Shown: positions 26,690 to 40,439, counted from the stretch's first letter. The stretch is 64,000 nucleotides of DNA from Octopus vulgaris (GCA_951406725.2 OX597827.1:49786001-49850000), one strand, 5' to 3'. A program made the numbers and translations. Notes: a model not told the origin generated them from the letters alone.

Positions 26690-27630
26690 AGTAAGTAAAA
26701 AAAAGAATCACCAGATACGGTATTAAAAGCTGTTAACGAAATTGGTGATGAGTAATTACAAGAGTGTGATGAACTCACAGATTAACGCCTGTCTATATGC
26801 TCTGGCAACTACTATAAAACAGTACATGAATAATATTCAAAAAGTAAACAAAACCGAAATAACAAAGTACTATCGTGGGTTTTGAAGACAGAGAAAAAAA
26901 TAACTAGTTTACGGAAGACCATCAGTCATGTAATGATGCTTATTGCATGCAAACAAGCAAATCATTATACGTCCCAGCAACAGAAAGTAAAGAAGAAGAT
27001 AGAAATGATGTTTGGAGACAGCAAAAGGAGAACATTCACTTGCAAACTGGTTACCCTCAAGAGAATAACCGAAAAAAAAAACAATAAACAAAATAATATT
27101 TAACTGCAACCAGACAGCAGTATACAGAGACATGAGAGGAGGAACAGTAAACATCACTGAAGCTCCTTCACAAGAAGACATAGACTCCTTTTGGAGGAAA
27201 ATCTGGAATAAAGAGAAGGAATTTAACCAAGATGTTCTGTGGCTTGAAGAAATCAAAAAGTTGCTCCTGCATTACATCCAAGACATACAACAATCATGGG
27301 GAAACTCTTGCAACTGTGATTCAGAAACTCCAGAATGGAAAAGCACCTGGAAGAGACTTGATTGTTGGTTATTGGTACAAGAAGCTAACATTCTACCGAC
27401 CATATCTTATTAATCTGTACCAGCAAGCTTTTACTGGGAACAGTAGCATATCACACTGGTTAGCTCTGGCAGAGACAAAATTGATCCCCAAATACAGAAC
27501 CACCCACATGGCAAAAAACTACCGGTCAATTGCATGCCAGAACTTAATGTATAAAATATGTACAGCATGTTTAAACCTCTTCCTCTAGGACCTCTGTGAA
27601 ACCAATAACATTATCACAGCAGAACAATAA
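26690..27630 (+). mobile_element. R4/Dong N-terminal and RT-start fragment
   Basis: APSQEDIDSFWRKIW, GKAPGRDLIVGYWYKK, TKLIPK..NYRSIACQNLMYK. Confidence 0.8.
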
Positions 27631-27709
27631 CCACCGGCTTAAGCTCAGACCTCATGAGTACTTCGAAGTGTCTGCTATATAGAGAACACCTGTTTGAATA
27701 ACATTTGTC

Positions 27710-28860
27710 AATGTTATGATTTTTTCCTTTTGACATTTGATAGCCGTTACTTTTAGCTTAATATAGAAGCTAATTGCGCGTAATTTTGTTTACAGCTTTT
27801 AGTTCAATGTCAATTTTAACACGGAGTGCAAAAACAAACATTTTCGCCATATTTTACTTTTTTATTTCCATAAAGGCAAGAAAGCCGCTGAAGCTCACAA
27901 AGAGATATGTGAAGTTTATGGTGTTGATTGCTTAACAAAAAGCACATATCAGAAATGGTTTAAAAAATTCCGTTCTGGAGATTTTTCACTCAAAGATGGC
28001 CAATATTCTGACCGACCTACGGAAGTTTATGATGACTCAATCAAAGCCATAATTGAATCTGATTGTCATATAAGTGTGCGAGAGACTGCCGAGAGGTTAA
28101 ATGTATCACACACAATAACTGAAAACCACTTAAAATGTCTTGGACTCATTAAGAAGCTAGATATTTGGGTTCCACAAATTGAAAGAAATTCACTTAACAC
28201 AGCGAACCAATATTTGTGATATGCATCTCAAACGCAATGAAATGGACACGTCTTTGAAATGAATCACAACTGGTGATGAAAAATGGATTGTCTACAATAA
28301 CATCAATCGAAAACGATTATGGTCGAAGCGTAATGAACCAGCACAGACCACATCGAAAGCTGAATTGCATAAAAAGGTCATATCAATTTAGTGGGATTAA
28401 AAAGGTGTTGTGTATTTTAAGCTACTTCCAAGGAACCAAACGATCAATTCAGATGTTTACTGTAATAACTAATGAAACTAGAGAAAGCATTCAAAGACAA
28501 ACGGCCATATTTGGTAAATCGTAAAGGAATCGTGTTCCACCATGACAACGCTAGTCCACACACGTCTTTGCTAACTTGTAAAAAATTACTGAAGCTTGGT
28601 TGGGAAGTGATGTCACATCCACCATATAGCCTTAACCTTGCACCACCAGATTACCATTTATTTCGAAGTTTGCACAATACTTTGAATGGTAAAACTTTCA
28701 ATAATGATGATGACCTGAAATCGCACGTGCTTCAGTTTTTGGCTGATAATGACCAGAAGTTCTATAAACGCAGAATCATGAAGTTGCCAGAAAGATGGCA
28801 AAAGGTCATCGACCAAAATGGAAAATATATATAATTGATTTAAGTTCATTATTTGTATCT
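27710..28860 (+). mobile_element. Decayed mariner (D,D34D) transposase; TIRs not recognisable
   Basis: HFRHILLFYF.KGK.A.EA.KEICEVYG, WVP, TGDEKW, FHHDNASPH, HPPYSLNLAPPDYHLFRSL, KLPERWQKV. Confidence 0.92.
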
Positions 28861-29439
28861 TATGGGGATATCCTTGATCAATTCTCTAAAGTGAGCGCAA
28901 TTTTTCACATACGATGTTGACTTACCTGCTAATGGACTAATAATATTCACAAGGAAGCGGTTCAGTGGATAACATGTCCGAACCTCTATAGCTCACGATA
29001 GGTCATAATGGGATACCATCCTTATGAATCTTAGGAAGACCGTACATGTGCGGCAGCTTACTGTAGTGTTGGGTCAATTGTCTGTACTTCATTGGTATGA
29101 AGCGATCCTCGTTCTTGATTAAGATCTGTGACAACTACCTCAGTTTTCAAAGTTGGGTCTTTCTTTATTTTGCTGCAGTTACCATCACTTATGAGGCTTT
29201 TACAGAATATTCAGACTTGTGACTTTATATTCTTTTGCTATTCTAATCCACCTTTTCAGGGCGAACCACCATTTATTGTTGATGATTGCCCCCGTCAACT
29301 CTCACTTATGTAGTTCACTAACCCAGCCTCTGAAATCTTTGCGCGCCAGCAACGCCGCTTCAGCTTCCAGTAACTGGATTCCTGTCTTTAGAGCCTATTT
29401 AATTCGATTGTAAAGATCACGAATTTGTGGTCTGCATAG

Positions 29440-30530
29440 TCGACTACATTAAGTTGTGGACAACTTATGCTATTCTTATGGGTATCTCTACAGAATACCC
29501 TGTCTAGATACGATCTGGATGACCCGATGCAGTTTGATCAGCTCCACACTGGCACATCAGGAAAAATCCAGTCAATATTGTCAGACAGTTGAAATAGTTT
29601 GAGCAGATTTGTGAAGCTTTTGCACCCTCTTCTCCAGTCTGCTAAACCCACACACTCCCACAGTACATCTAAGACTCCATTCTGATCTCTCCCTAACGTT
29701 AAAGAGTGGGACGTTCCCAGAAAAGTTTCCAGATGCCTGAAGAAATCTGGTCGTCCTGACCCTGTCGGGGCATAGAAGGCAACTAGCCGGAAAGTAAGTC
29801 CTTCGCTGCCAGTCACGTCCAGTACCACCAACTTACTTTCCAGATCCTGGAAGATCATTCGGATTGCTAGATCCACATTTTTCCGAACCATCATGACAAC
29901 CCCGCCTCCTGCATCCAGATTACTTGGAGATGCATACATTTCAGTCGCCGAAAATAGATTGGAAGTACGGTGAGTCGGAAATTCTGGTTTCACTAATGGC
30001 TACCACATCGATGTTCAGTGACCTGAAGTCGTTGAGCAGGTGACCCCCCTTCCAAGGTGACCCAGGCAACGTGCATTCACGCTGCCTATTCTGAGTACGA
30101 TCATGTTGGGAAAAGAATAAGAAAGAAAAAGAAAAATGAGTTTTGTTTGGAGGGGCAGTTTGTCCGTCCCTCCAGTTGGATTAGTGATGTTACCTCGGAA
30201 ATTCCGATCTCTTTTGGGAATTTGGTTTTTTGGCGTGTCATGTGTCTTGAGTTGTTTGAATTATTGCTATGCATGTAGGTAGGGACGCCCAAGGCTTCCT
30301 CATGAGCGTCGCACTTTCCCGTCACTAATCATCTATTGAACGCTAAAGCGGACTTTCCATCTATCGTAGTGTCCGACTGACTGAGGGTTGTAAGCTCTTG
30401 TAGAAATTCCACTTTCCAAATGCCTTCTCTCGGTTTCTGTTTGACATCGGGATGCAGCTCCGTTAAGAAGCCCATCTTTGAAAACACGTGTCTGGCGAAC
30501 GGCGACCACACCTGTTCACCGTCAAGGAAG
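29440..30530 (-). mobile_element. L1/Tx1-clade LINE remnants (APE endonuclease and later ORF2 pieces)
   Basis: DVVAISET, GGGVVMMVRK, FRLVAFYAP, WSPFARHVF; homologous to the pieces at 37.9-39.2 kb and 58.4-60.1 kb. Confidence 0.75.
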
Positions 30531-30539
30531 CGCTGGAGT

Positions 30540-30880
30540 TGCCATAACCTTAGTTGAGTTAGGCTTATTTATGTTTCTAAAAGTGTGTAAATGTGTGGAT
30601 TTCACTTTCAGTGGCCCCTATATAAATATATTTATTGTATTGCGTTGTGATCGAGCATTGGTAGATTGTACTTTTTCTTTTACATGTATTTTCAAGAGCA
30701 CAATTATTTTTATTTCTGAAGTCACACATGTTGTACATGTTATTGTGTGGGGTAGAGTTATTTATTTACTAGAGAAATGGTTATTATTAGTAGTACTGTT
30801 ATAGTTTACAGAGTTATTAGAGTTGTTATTACTTGTATTATGTTTGGGTAGTTAGAGTAATTATAATAATAATAATAATA

Positions 30881-30919
<39 letters not shown>

Positions 30920-32530
30920 TAAGTAAAATATATCTAGTTTTTTTTAATTATTTGATGAGGCTATGATGTTAGCTACGTTATGGGTTAAACTATCTTAATT
31001 GTTTTACAGTTAATAATTTCAAAATATCTATTTTTTGTATTAAAATGCTTATTAATAATCCTGAATACAGATTTGACTAGGTTTGTTTTAAGTTGTACAG
31101 CATAAGGGATTATAAGCCAATTATGATCGTTGGTTCTTTCAATGTTGTTATAATACGTCACGGGCGTGTTGCTGTGCGCATGATAAATGTTGTGTTTGTG
31201 TTCTTTACTAATTTCCATTTTTTTATCTCTATAATAGGTAATTATTGGTGATTCAGTGATCTTTCAGTTTACAATAATCACTGCTATTGATATAGCGATT
31301 TATGTTATTAATATTATTATTTGTACATTGTTTATTTATGTTCCTTTCGTTAACATTGTTATTTGTTTTATTATTTTTATATTCATGTTAGTGTTGGGGA
31401 CCATGGGTTTCTGCATTTTTTGTTTAATTTAGATTTATGTGTGTTATTACTATTATTACCATTCCTATTATTACCATTACTAATCCCGTTATCGTTGTAC
31501 GGTCTATAGTATTTTATTTTACTTTTATATCCCACGTTTTTTAAGGTAATGTTGTATTGGTCCTTGTGTTTATTAAATATGTCGTCATTAGAAGAAAGAT
31601 AAGTTAATCTCTTACTAATATTTTTTATAAGAGCCTCTTTGATTGATCTAGGGTGATCACTTTGAGAATGTATGTATTTTAGGTTGGAGTTAGGTTTCAT
31701 GAAAGGTTCATGTAGCCCAGTAGCTTAGTTACAGTTGACGTCAAGATAGTTAATCGGGTTATTTTCATTCTCTAATTATAGAAAGGCCAAATGTTTTTAA
31801 GAATTTATTCAGGTGTTTCTTGAATAATTCTAGGCGTCGGTAAGAGGTATTTCTTTCTATATAAAGAGTGTCATCCATGTATAGTCTCCACCCACAAATT
31901 CCAGGAATTCATTATTTAGGTTATCATGTTGATTCCTACAAGGTCGGTCACCTGTGCGGAGTCTTGCGTGTCCATTGTTATATCAGAATAATTAGGAGTA
32001 TCCTTTCTAGCCCGCAATTTATTATCAAATTCAAGAATAGATTTACGAGTGGTGAGGATTACGTTAATTTCCTTCATGCTAACCTTTGTATGGTTCCTAG
32101 CAAAAATAAGGGCACTATTTCAAATCGTAGGATTAATGGAGGACTAATAATTTTCAATGTGTATCTGTAAGAATTTGTGTTTGTCTTTCTGTTGTATTTT
32201 ACAGAACCAGTTTATTGTGTTTTGTGTATTAGGCCATAATTCTAGCTTAATCTGGTTTCTAAGGGTAGGTATATACTTATCTAAAATTACTTTACTAAGT
32301 TTGCCTAAATCTGATTTACTGGGACAAATTAATTTAACCTTAGTGTTAGTTAGAAAATTCTCTTTATGGTCTTTAATAGTAATATGTGATCTAATGGGTG
32401 TGAAAGGTTCTGTTTTATCATCAATGTAGTAATCAGCCATTAATTTTTTAGCGTTTAAGTTAATTAGTCTGAGAGTGCTTCTGTATATAGCCACTATTGA
32501 ATTAATTAATTCAATAGTGGCTATATACAC
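30540..32530 (-). mobile_element. Decayed Penelope-like element (RT through GIY-YIG)
   Basis: HITIKDHKENF..KVKLICPSKSDLGK, LYMDDT, INYLDV, MKPNSNLKYIHSQSDHP, YQCSIT..IYIGATE. Confidence 0.85.
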
Positions 32531-33199
32531 TCTTAGCCGCTAGTGTAATGCATGAACATTTAAATTACTTGATAATCAATATTTACTCCCCCACCTATAC
32601 CTTTATCACTCTTAACTTTTTAATTCAAGGTTGATGCTTCTAAAATTCACCGACATAAGCAACTTTTAGGGCCCCTTCAATCATCTACACATTGTTTACA
32701 TTCTTACTTCAGTAAGTAACGGTTTCCTTATGACCTGCCTTTTGTTTTTGAAAATTAACTGACCAATTGTATCCCCCTACTGTCCGGTCCAGACCAGGAG
32801 TTGTTTCAGGTATACAACCTACTTATAATAATTAGTATAATGCATATGAAATCAATTATAGTAAATTATAGTCAACTGTTATTGTTTATTTCTTTAACTA
32901 CCGGTATTTCTAAGTATTTTTCTTACTTTTTCACTTTATTTTTCGACTTTACTAAATTGCTCATTTTATATATCTATCTCACGCCTTCCCCACCCCCGTA
33001 TATTGGAATGTACCATTTAATATTACAACTACCCCTTATTCTATTTCTAATTTCCGGTCGGTCGAAAGTTTCAAAGTGGGTCAGCATGTAGCACCAATAG
33101 ATTATAACCGTTCTCACTTCCTCTTTCTTTTTCTTTTTACCTATATTTTATTTATTTTTCCGCTCTGATGAAGTTTCGTGATTCAATTTGGTATAAATA

Positions 33200-34458
33200 T
33201 TGGGTTGTCAGGAAAATTCGTGTCGATTTATAGTAGCTTACCTTTTGATTTATTTTAGAACAGGGTTGAGTTCATAAAATAGGATTTGACTACACCTCCA
33301 TTTAGAGCACAGTTTAAGCTATCTTTTCGTAGAAGAAGGTTTATGTTCCTATAACCTGTGTTAATTCTGTAACCCTTTAAAATGGAAGATTAGAAAGTTC
33401 ATTTTCGGCACTTGATGCTTTTCTTTTTCCGTAAAGGGGAAAATGCCTCACAGGCAACCAAAGAAATATGCGCAGTTTATGGTGATGTTTCTTTATCCGA
33501 AAGAACTGTACGGAAGTGGTTCGCAAGGTTCTGAGCGGGAGATTGTAGCCTTATTGATAAAGAGCGATCAGGCAGACCGTCAACTACAGATGATGACCAA
33601 CTCAAGTCATTAACTGAGAATAGCCAACATTGTACAACCCGAGAATTGGCAGAAAGTCTCAACCTATCAAAATCCGTCGTTCATGAGCACCTGGTAAAGA
33701 TTGGGTACACTAATCGCTACGATGCTTGGGTACCACATGAATCGCATTTCCATCTTTTGAATCGCATTTCCATCTATAAACGGAATGAAAACGCGCCTTT
33801 TTTAAAGCAAATAGTGACAGGTGATGAGAAACGGATTATCAACCAAAATGTTCAGAGAAAGTGATCCTGGAGTAAGCGACATGAGCCACCCCCAACGCGG
33901 GTCTTCACCCTAAAAAAGTCTTGCTTTGTGTCTGGTGTGATTGGAAAGGAATTATGTACTGTGATCTTCTCCTAAGTAACCAGACAATTAATTCTGAGAA
34001 ATACTGCATACAACTGGACGAGTTAAAAGCATCAATTCAAGAGAAACGTCCAGAATTGGCCAACAGTAAGGGTGTTGTTTTCCAACATGATGATGCAAGA
34101 CCGCACGTTTCTTTGGGAACCGGACAAAAATTGCTGCAGCTCATCTGGGATGTGTTACGCCACCCTCCATATTCACCAGATATTCCTCCTTCGGATTTCC
34201 ACGTATTCAGGTCTCTGCAGAACAGTCTTAATGGTAAAAATTTCAATTCCTTGGATGGCATAAAAAGATACCTTGAGGAATTATTTGCTATGAAACCACC
34301 TCAGTTCTGGGAAGAGGGTATTTTCAAGTTAAAGGAAAGATGGAGACGCATTGTGCAGCAAAATGGTTCATATTTGGCTGATTAAAAATGTAATGGCAAG
34401 TATTTATTGACCCTTTTCTTTCCTTTAAAAATCGGCACGAACTTTCCGGACAACCCAA
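33200..34458 (+). mobile_element. Full-length (about 1.26 kb) mariner with TIRs and TA TSD; transposase is a pseudogene
   Basis: TIRs TTGGGTTGTC(A/C)GGAAA(A/G)TTCGTG(T/C)CGATTT; TA at 33198-33199 and 34459-34460; ATG at 33382; WVPHE, VTGDEKR, QHDDARPH, HPPYSPDIPPSDFH; internal stops. Confidence 0.95.
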
Positions 34459-34572
34459 TAATTACCTACAATGATAACTATCATTACTATTATTGTGGCA
34501 GCTAGAACTGAGAATCATGTTAACTGAAGCAGCTGTAAGTCGAGATTATGTCTTTTTAAAAACTAATTAATG

Positions 34573-36130
34573 CTATTTTTCTGTTTTGAGGAATTTTGAT
34601 CTGGGATCTGTGCAGAGCCATCGTTTGACGTAGACTATTTTTGTTTGGCCTATGTATTGCTCTTGACACCCAGTGCAGGTTAGTGCGTATATCAGGTTCT
34701 CCGAAGCACATGTGAAGCTGCTTTTCACTGTGAAACGTTGTCCCTGTTTGAAGGAGAACTCTGATCCTTCAATTAAATTGACGCATATCCCAGTTGGGTC
34801 TTCCGCATTTGTTACTAACGGCTTCTGTGTTGTTGTTGAGCGTATTCGGGCTTGTGTTAGGAGACTTTTCATAGATTTGAGCTGTCTCTTGCTTTTTATG
34901 ATGGTGTGTGTTTGGAGGATTAAGTTCATTTTGTGGTCCTTTTTTTAGCAGGGGAATGTTTTGAAGGTTGGTGTCGAAGGCTTCATTGTTAAGAGGGATG
35001 TGTGTGATGTATAGTAGGGCTTTTGGTTGTAAATCTTTTATTTGGAATGTCTGAGTTCGTGGATGTTGAGTTGTAGGGCACATTGAAAGCATATGTCAAT
35101 TAGTGAAGGTGGGTAGTTCTTTGTGATGAGTGTATCCCTTAGTTCATGTACTCGTGTGTCTCTGGTGCTTGCATTAGAAATTATAGTACATACCCTTTTT
35201 TCTAGGTTGAAGGGAATATTCATTCTTATTTCTTTATTGCTCACAAGGAGCTAAACATAGAGGGGACAAACAAGGACAGACAAACGGATTAAGTTGATTA
35301 TATCGACCCCAGTGCGTAACTGCTACTTAATTTATCGACCCCGAAAGGATGAAAGGAAAAGTCGACCTCGGCGGAATTTGAACTCAGAACGTAACGGCAG
35401 ATGAAATTTCGTAAAGCATTTCGCCCGGCGTGCTAACGTTTCTGCCAGCTCACCGCCAGAATATTCATTCTGATGTGTCTGGGGTGGCATGAGTTGAACG
35501 GTAGATATTGCTTGGAGTCCGTAGGCTTATAGTTTATATCTGCTTCTATTACGTTGTTAGATCTCTTAATGAGGATGTCGAGGAAAGGAAGTTGTTGATG
35601 GCTATATTCCATCGTGAATTGAATGTTTACGTCAAGTTCATTTGTTAGTGCTTGGAATTCTTTAAGTCTCTCTATACTTTCATGCCAAAGAATGAAACAG
35701 TCATCCAGGTATCTCTCCCAGTTATTTTCTATGTAGAGGGAGAATGGACTGCCGTATTTTTCTAGAACCTTACGATAAAGACTAATCTCTAGATATCCCA
35801 TGGCTAGGTTAGCAAAGGCTAGAGAATTACGCCAACGAACTCCCACATCGCATCAAAAAAGAATTCGTGATAGAAGGGCTAAAGTTCATCTTGGAGAATA
35901 ACTACTTCGTCTTCAAAGACAACTTCTGTCGACAAAAATCGGGCACTGCGATGGCTACGAGAATGCCCCACCTCCTTTGTTAACCTAGTCATAGGATATC
36001 TAGAAATTAGTCTTTATCGTAAGGTTCTAGAAAAATACGGTAGCCCATTCTCCCTCTACATAGAAAATAGCTGGAAGAGATACCTGGATGACTGTTTCAT
36101 TCTTTGGCATGAAAGTATAGAGAGACTTAA
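34573..36130 (-). mobile_element. Penelope-like element (RT plus GIY-YIG) with an inverted duplicate segment at about 35860-36130 and a SINE insertion
   Basis: ANLAMGYLE, WERYLDDCF, LPFLDILI, YKPTDSKQYL..SCHP, NLIYALTCTGCQEQYIGQT. Confidence 0.9.
35225..35458 (-). mobile_element. tRNA-derived SINE with a Nin/Deu-like central domain
   Basis: Minus strand GGCGGTGAGCTGGCAGAAACGTTAGC...GAGTTCAAATTCC...CCTTTCATCCTTTCGGGGTCGATAAATTAAG. Confidence 0.85.
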
Positions 36131-36686
36131 CTGACTGAAACAAGTAAATAAATAAGTGATAAAAGATATGTCTATTGCTGTCTTTGAGGGGTTTTCCCTT
36201 TGTCTTAATCAACTCTATTTGAGTAATAATTCTTTGGTATCAAACTTGTCAATGAAACACCTGAACATGACATATTGATCTACTGTAGACTTTTCATGCA
36301 TCAACATCATAATACACTGTGTGAGGACCAGTAAGTCAAAAAATAGATCCAACATTTCCTTTGTGGGTTGTAAGCGGTGGCAAAAACAGGCTGAGGTAAG
36401 ATTTGCACTTCGGACCTCATAAAACCCTCACCAACAACGACTACTCAAACAGACTTATGGGCTGGAGGGTTGTCACCTGAGTGATGCAAATATATTAACT
36501 GCCAGGAGTGGGGACTCACCAACAAATGGTGGATGCAGCAACATGCTGTTAAAGTGCATGCCTCCATACCACAATTGCTAGTCTCATATGAGACTATGTT
36601 ACAGAATCTTTTAGGCTTTGTATGTAAGGTGTAATATATCAGCGCAAATGTCCTGGACTTAAACAGCAATAATTTCCCCAGCCAAG

Positions 36687-36746
<60 letters not shown>

Positions 36747-36779
36747 ATGTATCTATCGATTTATCTATCTATATATTGA

Positions 36780-39460
36780 GGGAAAAACAAGGAGAAAAAT
36801 GGAGAATAAATGGATGTGACTACTGATTCATTTGCATGTTGTAGAAAGATGATGTTTTTAATAAAAAAAATCACTACAAATAAATTGGAAGTTGAAAGCT
36901 CAACACAGTTAAGAAAAAAAACGTAAGAAGAACCTACATATATGTTTCTGCCAAACCAATAAGTAGTTGAGAATTTCCAAAGGGAAGAAGTCCAAGGCGC
37001 TTTAAGTGTGGGCAAAAGGCCCATGTAAAAGCCACGTGCCCACAGGTCCTACAACTTGAAGCACCGTCGCCATCTATCATCTCACCACAGTCTGGCGACC
37101 CGAAAAAAAGCAAAGGGGAACCACCGTGATTAAACAACCCATCAACCCACCTCAAACTGATGACCCAAAAGAAGACAGATGGAAGTCACTCAGCACCACA
37201 ATGGAACAACCCATCAACCCACCACAGACTAACAACCCGAAAGAAAAAAGAAGTTGACCAGCATCACGATGAAACAACCTATTAACCCATCACAAAGTGA
37301 CAACCCGAAAGAAAAAAAGAAGTCGACCAACACCACCAAAAGGTAGCCCACATCAAATGTTCCACAGAGGGAATCGGGGAACCCCAAGACGGGCACCTCA
37401 AAGGAACTACCAACAACCTTGTTCGAGGAGAGCGACGATGGATGGACGATGGTCAAAAAGAGACGAAAAATGAAAGGCATCCCCCTCGCACATCAAAAAA
37501 AAAAATACCACCAAAGAACACCAAAAACCCGCATCAACAACATACACACACAAACCACAAGCATCCTACTCAATTACCTCACACAAAGAACTCATCAAAA
37601 ACAAAGACAACCAAAAACCCGCATTCACACCATACACACACAAAACACAAACATCCTATTCATTTTCCCACCAAACCACATATAATCTATTCACATAAGA
37701 TATATCACCGCCAGCAACACCGGAAAAACCCACCTTAGATAAACATGCATACAGAAATTCACGTGTTACCCCATATTTAGCCCCACCACACCCGAACACT
37801 AGCGAACTCAAAAGACAATGCAAAGTTCTTTTTCATCAATTCGTACACGTTATTTAATCCTATGTTAATTCAACCCATTTTGTCTGGTGGAGGGGGGTCG
37901 TAGTGCTTCTTAGAAAGAATCCAAAGAAGGGGGACTACATGGATAATTTCTGGTCCATCACTATGCTCAACGCAGAGCTGGAGACTTTGGCTAAAGTGCT
38001 GGCGAAGAGGTTGGCGCGTGTCGTGGATAAACTGGTTGGGATGGCGCACACATGCGCCATTCCAAACAGAACAATACACGACAATCACCACCTCATGCAC
38101 TTCACTATAGAGAGAGTGGCTAGAATTCCTGGCACAGAAGGGGCTCTGGTCTATTTAGAAAGACTAAGGCGTTCTATAGAGCTGAAAATCGGTATCTGGC
38201 GGCGGTTCTCGAGGCAGCTGAGTTTGGCCCGGACATTAGCGGCTGGGTCACCGCCTTTTACAGTAACATTCAATCAGTTGTTCGGCTGAACGAATTTCGA
38301 TCAGAGCCATTCTGCACTGAGCGCTCGGTTCGCAAGGGTGCCTTCTCTCCTACCTCCTGTACGCTCTGGCCCTTAAGCCATTACTGCAGAAAATGGAGTC
38401 GCTGAGAGGAATCCCGCGTGATCTGGGATGCGGGAGGACAGTGACAGCGTACGCAGACGACATCACCGTCATGGTATCCAGTGAAAACCACCTGCAACAA
38501 TTAGGATTCTATCTAGATAGTGAGCCGGTGTGGTCGCCGTTAGTTAAACTAGTTTAGTGAGCTGAACCCGTGGATCAGGCGAAGATATAGGTTGGGTGCT
38601 TGGCAAGCGAAGTGCCGTCAGACCCTCTCGCTTCTCTCCCAGACGGGAAATGTCAGCGGCGGCGATTTCACCTCATCCTTCTATAGAGGATTAGTAGCGG
38701 GCAAGTGTAATGACGTCCTAGGGGAGACCCTGGGTTTCGATGACAGTCAACTTGTCGGTCTATTCCGAAGGACTTTCGGAGGACTATGGATAACTACCAA
38801 AAACCCTAGCCTGACAATGCTGCAAAAAGGCGTTACCCGTTTGAAATAAACTTTTTACACATGGTAGTTCAACTACGCCAACATGTCCGAGATGCGAGCG
38901 GAGCAGTGAAACTGTTCTGCACGCAATCGTGCAGTGCCCGCGGATATCAGAACTCTGGGTTTATGTCGAACGCCTGCTGTCACGCATAGGAGTAGCACAG
39001 CTGTCAACCGAGTCCATTATCAAGATTGTTCCACCACCTTTCCGCGACAAAAGAAGACAGGCAACTTTTCTCTGCCTAATGGCTATCGCGAAAGAGGTCG
39101 TATTGCTGACACGTGTGAAAGGAATCGTAACATGCTTCTTTTTCTCTAGCCTTGGGTTAACAAATTATTTCAAATTTCAGCTAAAGAGAAAAATAAAGAT
39201 AGAGACAAAATCCGTGCCTTCGCGTAAATTTGCAGCTAGATAGATGACAATGGCGCGCTTGATAAATATGAATGAGTGTGAACACCTACGATTTCAAAAA
39301 GATCAGTGATGGAACGTGGCTTGTCTCCGTGTCCCTAACTTCATTTTTTTTTTTTTTATTATTCATTCATCTTTCACCTTTTTACCCTCATATTGTTTAT
39401 TTAACACGCATGTTTGTCTGCCCTGTATTCTCCCCTCTTTGTATATGACGAATTAAAAAT
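36780..39460 (+). mobile_element. L1/Tx1-clade LINE: ORF1 zinc-knuckle remnant and decayed ORF2 RT
   Basis: RFKCGQKAHVKATCP; LLRKNPKKGD..NFWSITMLNAELETLAKVLAKRL; AYADDIT; CPRC..ETVLHAIVQCP. Confidence 0.8.
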
Positions 39461-39906
39461 AAGTGTCTTATTACTTAACACACTCACCGGTTCGTTGAAA
39501 TCTTGACACAATACAACGAAAATTTTTAGGTAAAAATAGATAAGCAAATGAGTGGAAATCGAACCGGTGTGTGTATTAAGTAATAAGGCACTAAAAGAGA
39601 ATGACTCTCCCCAGACACATTTAAATATCCTTCAACACATGAATTCACATAAAGAAACATGCAGACCAAATACAAAAACCAAATATACATATATATATAA
39701 ATACACACACACACACACGATATACGCGACATCTTTCAGTTTCTGTCTACCAAATTCATTCATAAGGTTTTGGTCGGCTGAAGCTACAGTGGAAGACACC
39801 CAAGATGCCACGCAGTGGGACTGAACCACCTGGAACCATGTGTGTGTATATATGCACACACACACACACACACACACCACACACGCGCGGCGCACACATG
39901 TATATG

Positions 39907-39950
<44 letters not shown>

Positions 39951-40046
39951 TGTATGCATAATTTCTTCCACAGTTAAAATTATTACAACATGAAAGAGGC
40001 TGTAAAACGGCCTATGGATGCTATATATATATATATATATATATAT

Positions 40047-40168
40047 GCAACAAGAATCTCTTCGGTAATTTGGTACGATCGTTTCACGCTACATCATTTT
40101 ATTAAACATTTAATAGAATGAAGTAGCGTGAAACGATCGTACCAAATTACCGAAGATTTTCTTGTTGC
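40047..40168. repeat. Near-perfect 122-bp foldback built from the same tail family as 18530-18590
   Basis: Arms gcaacaagaa...tttattaaa and tttaataga...ttcttgttgc, 2-nt loop. Confidence 0.9.
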
Positions 40169-40272
40169 TTATTTTGATTATAATCACCCCATGGATTTAT
40201 ATGGATAACACCATACAAAAGTCTGGTGCATCTAACTTAAGTACCATATTCATTTGAATCTAAATTTTGCTG

Positions 40273-40309
<37 letters not shown>

Positions 40310-40391
40310 AAGGGTGAAAAGGAACACACGAGTTGATATATATGAAAAAACAAGTAAAAAATAGAAAATGCTAAAATAATTTTATAGTGAA

Positions 40392-40439
40392 CATTTCAGT
40401 ACCGGTTTCGGTCATTTTGAGACCTTTTCAACTGTAACG
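40392..40439 (-). ncRNA. Type I hammerhead with compensated U3-A8 core
   Basis: CGTTACAG-TTGAAAA-GGTC/TCAAAAT/GACC-GAAAC-CG-GTA-CTGAAATG. Confidence 0.7.

Noticed and set aside
33165-33197. CTGATGA as a hammerhead split by the mariner insertion
   Set aside because: No GAAA or stem partner found after the mariner's right end
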